Shown here piece by piece: positions 28,901 to 40,236 of a DNA stretch of 40,236 bases. The DNA comes from Collodictyon triciliatum. Lineage: Eukaryota. Under the pieces are notes generated by a model. The model was not told where the DNA came from. It saw nothing but the letters and a program-made list of their open reading frames with translations, and did no database searches. Within the stretch, counting starts at the first letter, position 1, and every line of letters starts with the position of its first letter. Made by a program: the position numbers and the translations under genes. The stretch covers positions 1-40,236 of the forward strand of contig JBHJMP010000618.1 in the NCBI GenBank assembly GCA_043381765.1, in the 5' to 3' direction.

Positions 28901-31900
28901 ATTTTTCTCTCTCCGTAGCTTTCAATTTGCCATTTTTTATAACAAAATATGTGAAGAGAACATTTTCTAGAAGACCCGAGGAAAGTGTCGTCATAAGAAG
29001 TCTAGTGGAAAAAATCAAGAGTCAAATATAATTAAATTGTGTATCTTGAAATATGCAATCAAAGGTACTCTAGTCGATAACATCTTCATCGAAGCGTAGG
29101 TACTGTTCGAAGCCTCAACATAAGAAGTGGTTCTCGAAAGAGATGTGACCTCTACTAGCTGGGTAATTGGCGACAAGTATAAGTATAGAGCTTCTATAAT
29201 TCCAAATAAAATTTACATGTTCAAACCCTTTTGGTCGAATCTCGTTCTTCGTGGAGACATGATACCTCTTGGTCCCAAATTTTTCTGGCCCTAGCGTACC
29301 TTGATTGAACGAAAATGATGAATAATCTGCAAAGAGCACTGAAAGATTTTCTAGGAAAATAATATTTAAACATTTAAAAGTAAAAAAAATCCTATCACAT
29401 AACACCCAAACATAGCTCCACTATTTTATAGTGTCTATTATAATTTCATTGAATGAATAAATAGAAATATTGTTCAATATTGTTAAAATTGAATAAGTTT
29501 ATCTTATCATTTCTCCTTAGTTCTCTAAAATAAGATTTATATATAAAGAGATAAAGAAATAAAGAAATAAAGGAATAAAGAAAGAAAGGAACAAACAAAC
29601 AAAGAAAGAAAGGAACAAACAAACAAAGAAACAAAGGAATAAAGGAATAAAGAAATAAAGAAATAAAGAAATAAAGAAATAAAGAAATAAAGAAATAAAG
29701 AAATAAAGAAATAAAGAAATAAAGAAATAAAGAAATAAAGAAACNNNNNNNNNNNNNNNNNNNNNNNNNNNNNNNNNNNNNNNNNNNNNNNNNNNNNNNN
29801 NNNNNNNNNNNNNNNNNNNNNNNNNNNNNNNNNNNNNNNNNNNNAACAAAGAAACAAAGAAACAAAGAAACAAAGAAACAAAGAAACAAAGAAACAAAGA
29901 AACAAAGAAACAAAGAAACAAAGAAACAAAGAAACAAAGAAACAAAGAAACGACAAGATGGAAATTAGTAGCTACCGTTTCTCCAAGTCTTTTAATGAAG
30001 AAATTTCAAGACAACAGTTCGATGCTTTTCGGCTTAGCTCTTCATTCTCTTTTTTGAGGTCTGAAATAATCTCACGAAGCTCAACAACATTTTGCTGGTC
30101 GGCTCTAATATTGGTGTCGTGCTCTTCATTCATTTTCGGCAGTGGATCTCGAGTAAATGTGATTCCCAGAGAGCGAGCTTTGCTAGATACAGCAGCCTCA
30201 CGAATATCTTGAATCTCGTTCATTCCAGAAATGCATCTCAGAATTTCCTCTTTCTTATGGTTACATACATAACTAAGTAAACTATCATACGTCGAGAATT
30301 TTGACATAAATTGCAAATAAAATAATTAAATAGTTTTAAAAAACATTTTCTTACCTTCATTTCGATCATCTTAGCCAGCTTTGCTCTGTCTTCTGAAATG
30401 TAAGTTTCTTCAATCACAAACTCCTCGTTGCTAACGGATGGAGTTTCAAGAGTGACGTTGTTTTGATTGTGGATGTGCCTGGATAAAGCAACATCTATTT
30501 CACGAAGCATATCAAAGGCATAGAGTTGCTCTGCAACAAGCTCTGAGTGAGCTCTATGTTTTTCAGAAAGCCAAGCCGCTCGTAATTCATCCATCAATAG
30601 CATCAAATGAGGCGACCCGAACGCTCTCGATTCCTCGGTTCTCTGAAACTCCCTGAATGGCATATGAGTATTATTTAGTATAGGTGCTATTTGTTAAACA
30701 AAGTACAATATATGAAACAAAACAAAAAAGGAGGAAGCATAGCAAGGAGATCCCGGCATAGAATAAAATTCAAATTTCGCTCATCTTATTTGAAAAAAGG
30801 ATTGAAAAAATGTTACGCGTGTGCATTCTCTTTTATCACACGATTCATATCGTCGATTAAACCACGCAAGATTCCCTGATTGCATTTCATACGGTTAAAC
30901 CAGATAAGTATTGATATACATACATAGTGGATAATTACATAGCACATCACGCGAGTCTCATGTCCGTCAATACCTGTGATAACATAATGAAGCTTTCGTA
31001 TTCTCTCAGCTTAGATTCTTGAAGCATAAATGCATCCTGCTGATCATGAAATGTTTCTTGATGGTCAATACTTGAATAACCAATTCCAATTCCAATGTTT
31101 TGGTTATCTTTTCCATCTTTTCCATTTTCTGTAGGCAGATCAGGGACAATTTTGCTATCATTTACCTCAGCGTGAGTGAATTTTTGTCCCTGCATCGGGA
31201 AGTGACGTGGAACGGGGGTTAAGCTAGCCACACCCCTTATTGAATTTACCGTATCCCTTAGTTCTTGGTTTTCATTTTGTAGTTCTTGGTTTTTTTTCAA
31301 CACCAACGATAATTCAGAAAAGACTTGGTCCTTGGAGTTTCTCGATTCTTGCAGTTGGGCTTCCAGTTCCACAATTTTCGCTCTGCTGCTCTCCAGATGA
31401 AATTTAGATTCGCTTATTCGTTCGGTCAGGCTAGTGATTTGCTTATTCAGAGACGACTTTTCAGACAACAAAATATTTACTCTCTGCTCCAGAGTTTGTC
31501 TCTCCTCATTTGATGCCAAGTTTGGTGACTGATTCGATAATAGCAAATTTCGGAGTTCATCTATTTCTCTCTCCATATGAGATTTTAAAATTCTGTTGCT
31601 CTGTAAATCGTTTAATAAAGCCTGCTGATTTGCTTCCATGCTTTGCACTTGAATCTGGAGCTCGTCATTTGAAGATGTCAGGGAGCGAACTTTGTTTAAT
31701 GTTTCTTCTAATCTGTCTTGTATGTCTGCTTCATGTTCTCTGAAGTCAATAATTATTCTATCCTTATCTGAATTCGCATATTTCAATCCACTAACCTCCA
31801 ATAGAAGAGATCGGTTGTTTGTCTCTAATTGAATGATTGTTTCATATTGAGATTCAATCTTCTTAGATAATTCATTTACAAAAGTCTCTGCGTTGGCATA

Positions 31901-34900
31901 GTGTTGAGCGTTTGCCTCCAACAGAGCTTTCTCATGCATAATGCGACGAATTTCAGTCTGAAATTTTGAATTTTCTGTCTGCAAATCGCTCAATGTCGTT
32001 TGGCCATCCCTCAACCTCGATAGAAGCTGCATTTTCTCTGTAGCAGCAGCATCACCTTTCATTTTCTCTATTTTGATTTGAGAGTTTGCCTCAGCCAATT
32101 TCTCATTTAATGTGATGATATCTTTTTGGTACTCATCCACTCTCGTGCGTAAATCGTACATGGACGATTGGAAAGTCAGAAGATGCCTCATACCCTCTTG
32201 TTGTCCCACAGTGTCATACCGTGATGTTTGTATCATTCGACTTGATTGCAATTCGCTTAAAGAAACTTCAAGTTCATTAGATTTCTTGGTAAGAGAACGA
32301 ATTTTTTGGTTCAATGATTCAATCTCTTGTTCTTGATTTCGTATGAGTAATGTGAGCTCCATCTTTTCAGATTCATATTTCAGTTTCTGTTCCTCCCATC
32401 TTACAGATGCAATCGAGGGTGTTTGATGTCTCTCAGTAAAAGACTTCTCCTTTTCACTTGGAAACGACAGAAATCTCACAGAATATGATTGTAATTCATC
32501 CTCTAATCTTCTTATTGTACCAAGCAGCGATGGGATATCTCTTTCACTGTAGTAATTCTCTATCTTAGTGGCCTCTGACCCTCTACCAACAAAGTAAACC
32601 TGTTGAGAGTCTGGCATGGAGGTGAACATAAATGAGTTTTGCTGGGATAGAAAAGGTCGAGATTTCTTCTCTCTTGTCAAATCACTTATCAATTCTTCAT
32701 ATTTAAGATTCTCATCTGATAAGCTTTTGCATTTCCTCTTGAGTGTTTCAATTTCCATCTCCAGAATTTCCGGATTCTTGGCTTGAACCAGCGCCCCAGC
32801 ATAGCTTTCATACTTATTTGGACCTTGTTGTGAACTATTCAATTGGTAAGAGTATTTACTTTGAAGAGAATGGAGCTCATCTTCCATTTCTGCGAGACGT
32901 CTTTCATATTCTTTTTTTGTGGATTCCCAATTGAGTGATGCTGCGTTGAATCGGCTTTCTGAATCCTTTTGGTAATTTTGGAATCTATTTGTGATAGATT
33001 GTATATGAGCCTGCAAATTCCTCTTAGAGTCCTCCAGAGATGTAATTTCGCTCTCCAATGAAGTGATTCGAGAAGTAAGCCTAGCCTTTTCATTTTTAAA
33101 CTCAATTGTGGTTCTGGTTGATAGCAAGCCTTCCTCACTTGAATAAAGATTAAATTGTCTGCTTCGGCTTCCTTTACTTTCTAGCGTGGAACTCAATTCA
33201 TTTCTCTCCTCTGTCATGGCTTGTAGTTGCCGCTCCAGAGATGATACCTTATCTTGTAAGGTTGCAATTGTGCTCATTTTTTCTGGGCTCAGCTGGTCTT
33301 CAGAAGTTCTTGAATGATTTTCAGAATAAACTAGTTTAGAATGCATGTCTTTCATCACTAACGCGCCATACTGGGCTCTCTCTTGCAGCATTTCGTTATC
33401 TACAGTCCTTTGATTTGTGATGATTGCTTCCGGTAAGTTAGTCTTATGATTACGAATCTCTTTCTGCAGTTCATGGTTTTCTTCTTTCAAAGCAGATATT
33501 TGTGACTCCACTCCTTTCAACTGGGCTTCGTAGTTGTCAATGCATTCAGATAAGGCAGCTTTTTGATCGGCTGCAGCTATTAACAGTTGTGCAGAGAGCG
33601 AGTCCTTTTCTTTAAGGAGTTCCCTGTTATCAAAATCTAACTTATTCAATCTAATCAGAGAAGTCGATTTCTCCTCCTGTGCTTTCTGCAACTGTCTGTT
33701 CAGCTCCTTTATTTCTTCAACCAAGCTCGCCGTACCCTGTTGTGAAGAGGCCTCTAGTTGCCTTTGTAAGCTGATGATATGTTCCGTAGATGCAGTCAGT
33801 TCAGCTACCGCACGTTCACATCTTTGCTGATAGGATTTGTTCTCTGCTCGAAGCATATCTATTACCATCATTTCGTCCTTCACTTTTTTTAAAAGGCGTG
33901 CATTTTCCTCGGTCTCGCATTTCAAATGGGATTCAACAGAAGAAACTTTTCTTTTAAGCTCTTGAATTTCTTTTTCCATCGCCAACTTCTGATCTTTCAA
34001 ACCCCCTAACTCGACATTCGATGAAATCAGCTCGGCATTATTTTGCTCCAAGTCAGCTCGCATTTTCAACTCAGATTCGTGAAATTTTCTCAGTTCCATG
34101 TCTTTGGAAACCAATTCTTCTTCAAGAAGTTCGATTCGTGCATGGAGTGAAGCTGTTTGTGATTGTAAGGTTGCGATCTTTGAAGAATATTCGGATATTT
34201 CTCTTTGGTGAATGCTCTATAATAATAATTGGCCATTAATTTGTTTCCAAATAAATTGAAAGAAAACTATTAAAAGCAAGACCAAATGGATATACAAAAG
34301 GAAGTGAAAGATCAAAAGGACAAAAACGGATATAGGCTATAAAAACAGCTGATATGACCTTCAATGAATTCTGCTCCTTCATGAGTGAAGAAATCCGCTG
34401 ATTCAAGTCATCTCCACCAACATTTCGATTAGACTTTGATATGGGTTGCTCGACGATTGATAGAGTTGGAGCCGGTGGTTGATTTAGATGGACCGGCTCT
34501 GGTTTTTCATATGCCGCTCTTGGTTTACTTTGTTTTGCTGGCAATGATGCCTCGAGGTTAGCTTTATGTCTTGGTGAAGATTGTGCTGACTTTGTGAGAT
34601 TGCCCTATATGTCGAGAGAAGCAAAAAAATCATGATTCTATAACTTCACACTATGACTGATCCTTGGTGGCATTTAAGGTATTGAGAGAAGAAAAATATA
34701 AAAGGTGGTACACGAGGAACTGGATGTGGTTGATATTGTCATCTTTGATGCGGTTGAATTTATCATAGCAGCTTTGTAACAAATGAATCAAAAGGGTATT
34801 GGCTTTTATGAATTTTTTTTTTTTTATTCTTCCTTTCAATTTTGTGCAGGATGGTGAAGATGTTGGCATTGGCTTTTATGAATATATAAACTGACGAAGC

Positions 34901-35379
34901 GACTTTATTTACTTGTTTGGGGGCCTTTGAAGTTGGACGCTCCGTGATCTGTTGTACTTGTTCCTTTTGAGATGCATCGCTCGTTGCAGAAAATCCACGA
35001 ACAGAATTGGCCTTTTGCAGCCGCAGCTGCTCGAACTTGCACAGAAACCCAGCAAAAGAGAGAAATGAGGTGTTTTGTGTGCTTTTACTTTCTTTTCACA
35101 ACAAAGCAACGACAAATAAGTGAATAAAAAAGCGGAGTGATTAAAAAAAAAAAGAGGAAAAATCCCATAAAAATGTGTCAACACAATAATGATACAGACA
35201 GAAACTGAGAGTGATCGGTGAAGTACGTGTCTTTCAAGCGATCCCCAAAAAGAATGAAGAAAGAGGAAAAACAAAGTCGGGAGAATAGAGGGCAGGCCAG
35301 TTGATCGACTTACAATTTCGCGCCCCTTCTGCACCTTCTGTGCTTTCTCCTCCGACGAGAGACTTTTGCTTGGATCCAT
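25953..35379 (-). CDS. Giant coiled-coil protein with a C-terminal PACT domain, pericentrin/AKAP9-like
   Basis: ATG at 35379 (MDPSKSLSSEEKAQKVQKGREI/FEQLRLQK). One ~3.2 kb coiled-coil exon (~34216-30974) plus many small exons. Exons 27147-27041 and 26814-26635 encode QRTSLIEQKKYL and TFKCIVIGVLAISRLR. Last exon ends ...KELSNK* at 25953. The internal exon chain at 27200-29400 is not fully resolved. Confidence 0.75.
26892..26968. repeat. (AATAATAA)n AT-rich tandem repeat in the intron splitting the PACT domain
   Basis: Direct reading of the sequence. Confidence 0.9.
29545..29951. repeat. Intronic octamer tandem repeats (AAAGAAAT)n and (AAAGAAAC)n flanking an N gap
   Basis: Direct reading of the sequence. 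Confidence 0.93.
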
Positions 35380-35641
35380 CCTCAATGCCACGCGATGTTA
35401 ACACGTGGTTGCTTTCTTCAAAAACAAAAGGCAAAAACAGCTTGGCTTATGTGCCGAGCTAAAACCAAAAAGCTGTGCGCATATATTCCACATCTGGTTA
35501 GAATCTAGATCGAGTGGTGGTACGGTACCTATGTCCCCCTTTCTTTTTTCCCGTTTTTTTTTGTTGTGTTTTCTTTTCTATTCTCTTTATCTTGACTGTA
35601 TGGGTTGTTGGCAAAGGCATGAAGAAGGATATGGCGCCATC

Positions 35642-38600
35642 TTAAACGAGAATCTGTTTGGGGAGGTTTCGGAACTTTCCAACACGCTCGATAAACTCCT
35701 GAAGCTGCTGCTCATTTTGATACGCAGGCTGAAGCTTGATGAGAAATGTTTTCCTGTCGGCCGCTTGGGTCTTGGTCTTTGGTTTCTCGTTGGGTTGCGA
35801 CGGGGGTGGATTGGTGCCAATGCCCGGATTCGAGGCATCGGCTTTAAACTCAGTCTTTGCGATGACACCCATGTCGATGAAGAGCTTGACAGCATTCTTG
35901 AGTGTTTCTGAGGATACCGAATCGCCGTATTCAATCTGCCCCTCCTGGTATAAGGTTTCTGCGATTGTCAAGAGTCGCTTGGCAAACTGCGCTTCCTCTG
36001 CAGATCGGTCGGGGAGCAAACCAAGCAACCCCAAAGATGCGGCCCAGTAGGAGTCGATGAACGGCCAAAACAAAGCGCACAGGAAGTCAAAGTGGATGGC
36101 TTTCCCGCTGGAGACAAGTGCTTTCTCACTCAGACGAGACGACTCAAAGAGCAGAGGTTTTCTGGGTGTTTCTTCAATCTCAAGCTCTGTTTCTGTGGCG
36201 GGTCGAGAAGGGTCGGATTCAACACAGATGACGCTTTCTTCGCTTATCATGAGTTCAAGAGTTTGGTAAAATGTATCTTCTAGGCTCACCGCGTTGGGCT
36301 TGAAGGTTAGTTCGTATTTCATCAGGTGGCTAAAGAATTTGACAGACTCCAAAAGGTCCTCCACCGGGACAGCCGATAGTAGGGACATGCTTGGCTGGTT
36401 TGGGGCTTTGTATTTTCTGTTCTTCGCCAGAGAGAATAGGGCGCATGCAATCATCCCTTCGTTGTTGAATATGTGGAGAATCTGGTTGCGGTAGTAGGCC
36501 AACTCGAGGCGGTGCTTATTGCGGGGACGGACAACAGTATCGAGGAGCTGCAGTTTGTTTGGTATTTTGATGAGGTCGTTCCCAAGACAATCAAGCGTGC
36601 GGTCAACAATGGTGGGTGTGTCTTCAAAGGCAGCCACCTGGCCACCGCGGGTTTGAATGAGCGACTTTAACCAGTCCACTCTCTCAATTAACTCTGCGCG
36701 ACTGATTCCTCTTGTGCGCATCGTAAGCAGAACGGACACAACCAGAGACGTGGGCATTGCAACAGAAACACGGTTGATATCGTAGGTGATTCGATAGCCG
36801 AGCGAGCGTACAAAGTGCCGGCGCTGCTCTTCGCTTGACTTTGGGTCGCTGCTCCCTTGAGCTTCTTTTCCACTTTGTTGTGACTCAAAATACTCTCGAA
36901 TGGAAATGGGGTCGGCAAACTTGACGCCAACCCGCCCGAAGTTGTACTTTAGATACTTGCGGGCAGAGAGAAGGTCAAAGACAGACTCTTTCTTCTTTTC
37001 AGCACCCATAAGCTCGGAAGAGTAGCTTTTTGTTTCGATAATCTTGTCATATCCTATACTGATAGGAACCACAGAAACATCATCCAAGCGACCGTCAAGA
37101 ACAGCACGCACGACTGTGGTTAAGAGTCCTAGCTTTGGTGGGAGAATTTTGCCGCTTCGGCTTCGTCCTCCTTCGATAAAGAATTCGACTGCGCAGGAAA
37201 TATATGTAAATAAATCAAATATCATGTAGATTTATTTTGAGGAGAAATTGGATTTTGCCAGAGTATACTGATGTAAACATTCACACTACAAAGTCAAAAA
37301 ATTCAAGAAAGAGATAAATCCATTTACTTATTACAAACAAAGAGATTTGGATAACTGGTGTTTTACCTGGGAATCCTTCCTGTAATAGATGTATGACGTA
37401 CTCATTGAAAACTGATGAATAAAGTTTGTCATCATTAAAGGAGCGTCTCATAAAAAAAGCACCCCCGTGTCTGAGAAAGAAACCCACCTGAGAGCCATTT
37501 TGAAATGTTACGAAAAAAAAAAGGAGCTTTTGTCTCATTGCTTTTAAAAAAACAAATGGTTGATAATAAGATCGCAGCATAGAAAAAGGGGGGTTTTAGG
37601 CAAAATAAGAGGGAAATAAGATTAAAAATACAAACGATCGGCATGTTCAGATTGTCTCCAGCAGCAATCATAGGAAGACTAAAGTCTTCTTTGAAGAAGA
37701 TATACGAAATTAAAAGATAATCCAAATGGCTTTTATGGGATGGAATAAGTACGACAGGGCCCTTCAAAGCAGCTTGGCGAATCTAATGAGTGATTGATAT
37801 TAATATTACACATGAAGCCACATAAAAGCTTTTAAATCAACCATTATTATTATTATTATTAATATGGGGAGTGTTAGAATAAATTATACATTGAATCAAG
37901 TTGTTTACAGCAGAATGATGAATAGTAAGGCATTCCTACTCAACTTGAATAAAATAAAGGACAAACCTTTTCTATACCGTCCTCATTGTAATCTATACCA
38001 CGGTAAATCTGGCTGAAGACTCTGCGAAGTATCAGGGCCATTATTCTTACTAAAAAAATACTTGGAGTGGCAGCAATTTGGTCAATAAAACCAAGACTTC
38101 TTCTCCATGTCTGGTCAACCTTCCTTTGGAAAAGAGAAGATTGTGCCTCAGGCGGGATTACAGGCTCGTTCTTTCGGGATAATTCTTGATTGAGTTTGCT
38201 CATTTCCAACTGATGCTCCTCCTGGGCTGTTTGGTGGACAACTCTCTGCAGGTGTTGAGAGCGGACAATAGACTGTCTCAAGTGTGTATAAGGCTTATTT
38301 TTCGGCCCTCGAACTGTCCTCGTTTCCCTTTCAAAGCGGTCTTGGAGCAAGTCCTGCAGACGACGGGCGAGTTCAAGGTCATCAACAATCACGCCTTCTG
38401 GCGTCATTTCCTGCTGCTGCCTCAAAAACTCTCTTAGGTCGATGGGATTGCCACCACGCAAGCGAACACGGTGCCAATCTCTGAGCAAAAGATAGAATTC
38501 ACGCAACAACCCTGGACTTTCCTTTTCCCCAAATACAAAATCCAGTATTCTGCGGGCATATGAGTCGGACTGAGAGGTTGGTGTTCGGTCCCATATTATG

Positions 38601-39913
38601 TTTTGAGGGCACAAGTAAATCGGCCGTGTCTGAGCTGGAGAGCGCTGCAGACGAATCAACTGCACGAGATGCTCAGCCGCGTCGTATCGATAGACATCAG
38701 GGTCAGGCAAACGCCCCGTGAATAGCAGCATGAAAAAGCTCTGCAGCGTCCACATGATGAACTCGCGGGCGCGAGTGAACCATGTTTGAGGGAGACGCAA
38801 AAAAAGCAAGACTGGACGGTCGCCAGCAACAAGGTCGCGAACCAGGTCAGAGGCCATCTGCCCTCGCATTCCGAGCAGGCGGAGAAAGCGACCCCAGAAG
38901 GAGCGCCATTGCAGCTTTGCAGGCAGCCATGGGATGAAAGTAAGTCCTGGAGCGAGATGTGTGCGGCGCAGTTTGTGTCGTACAAAAAGCAAATTCAGCA
39001 CAAGATAAGAAAGCCACGACTGTGTCTGAGCAACGTGAACTGGCGTTCCATCCTGCTGGGCATTATACAACTTGCGTAGGCGATCCGGCTCGATAAGAAC
39101 TTTGGAGAAGACTCGCTGTGCGATAATGCGCCATAATGGAGGCAGCTCAGAAACCATGGGCGTCCAGCTCTTTGCCTCGGCCTTAACCGCTGCCCGTTCC
39201 ACTTCGGCGGAATGGCTTTCTACATCGGGCTCAAGGCGTGGAGTGAATCCGTCCAGTGCAATTGTGCTGTATCCGTGGCCCCATCGCATGTCTTGTGACG
39301 AATTGTTTCTTGAGAGGCGACCTTCGCCTGACTCGTCCTCATTGAGTGAGTGGTGGCGCACGTGGTCGTGTCGGAAGCTGGAGCCACCTTTTGATTGATT
39401 GTTGACAATTGATGATTGATGATTGATGATTGATGATTGATGATTGATGATTGATGATTGATGATTGATGATTGATGATTGATGGTTGATGATTGATGAT
39501 TGATGGTTGATGATTGATGATTGATGATTGATGATTGATGATTGATGATTGATGATTGTTTGGTTGGAATGGAAATAAACAGATAAATAGTTAACAGATA
39601 AATAGATAAACAGATAAACAGATAACCAGGTTGCGGTTGACTTACTTGAATGCATATTCTGTGATGGGGAGCCGGAGGATAGGCCCTGGGGGAAAGTATA
39701 CGAGTTTGACGGGGTTGCGGGCGAAGCATTGTATGCAGCAGATGAGGAGCGTGTGCTTGGCTGGTGATTTGCCAGTTCGTGAAGAGACTGGATTCTGCGC
39801 ATCGGGAGCGAACCCAAAGTGCTTCCTCCGAGGTCGTCGCTGCCTGTGACTCCCAAGCGTTCGCCCCGTGTGTGCGGCGTTTGTGGCGTCGTAGACGGGT
39901 TTGGTTCGCCCAT
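35642..39913 (-). CDS. Glycerol-3-phosphate / DHAP acyltransferase (PlsB / GPAT / GNPAT family), multi-exon
   Basis: All four acyltransferase blocks are present: LIPSHKSHLDYLL (HxxxxD), GAFFMRR, EFFIEGGRSRSGK, VPISIGYD. Also AAGDNL and C-terminal LELAYYRNQILH, LFWPFIDSYW, SVSSETLKNA. ATG at 39913; stop at 35642. Confidence 0.93.
39393..39557. repeat. Heptamer tandem repeat (GATTGAT)n in the first GPAT intron
   Basis: Direct reading; it translates as SSIINHQ repeats in the unspliced ORF. Confidence 0.93.
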
Positions 39914-40039
39914 CGCGCTCCGCTGGCCGGGGTTAACCGGAGGAATGCTGGTCAGTGAGTGTGTCCTTACTTGGTCTTTATTTTCCTTTCTTTGATATCG
40001 ATTTTATTCTTTGTATTCTTTGTATTTTTTTTACCTTTT

Positions 40040-40236
40040 TGGTTCTTGTTTTTTTGTTTTTTGTGTTATTGTTTTTTGTTTTTGTGTTTTGTGTTTTGTG
40101 TTTTGTGTTTTGTGTTTTTTGTGTTTTTTGTGTTTTTTGTGTTTTTTGTGTTTTTTGTGTTTTTTGTGTTTTTTTGGTTCTTGTTATTTGTTTTTTTTGG
40201 TTCTTGTTATTTTTGTTTTTTGTTTTTTGTTTTTTG
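40040..40236. repeat. Degenerate T/G-rich low-complexity tandem repeats (TTTTGTG-type)
   Basis: Direct reading of the sequence; lies upstream of the GPAT start. Confidence 0.85.

Noticed and set aside
29545-29951. CRISPR-like or transposon-derived array
   Set aside because: Simple octamer tandem repeats with no spacers, terminal repeats or transposase/RT ORF.
40040-40236. Telomere-like TG repeat at the window end
   Set aside because: The unit is irregular, lacks G runs, and resembles other simple repeats in this genome.

Overview
Draft eukaryotic scaffold (standard code, GT-AG introns, N gaps, many microsatellites), most likely a protist and probably flagellated. Manual splicing supports ten genes, most of which the ORF track fragments or misses: (-) LRR protein; (+) membrane-anchored bZIP factor with ATF6-like architecture; (-) intronless NAD(P)-binding Rossmann protein (YeeZ/At2g39080-like); (-) GT77-like glycosyltransferase; (+) cAMP-receptor-like GPCR; (-) ACAP-type BAR-PH-ArfGAP-ANK protein; (-) WDR54; (-) RPB6; (-) giant coiled-coil protein with pericentrin/AKAP9-like N-terminal motif and PACT domain; (-) glycerol-3-phosphate acyltransferase with a bacterial PlsB-like N-terminal domain. 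The best leads are the ATF6-like factor, the PACT protein and the PlsB-like GPAT. No RNA genes, CRISPR arrays or transposons were recognised. Exon boundaries were inferred by eye and homologue motifs are recalled from memory, not from database searches.
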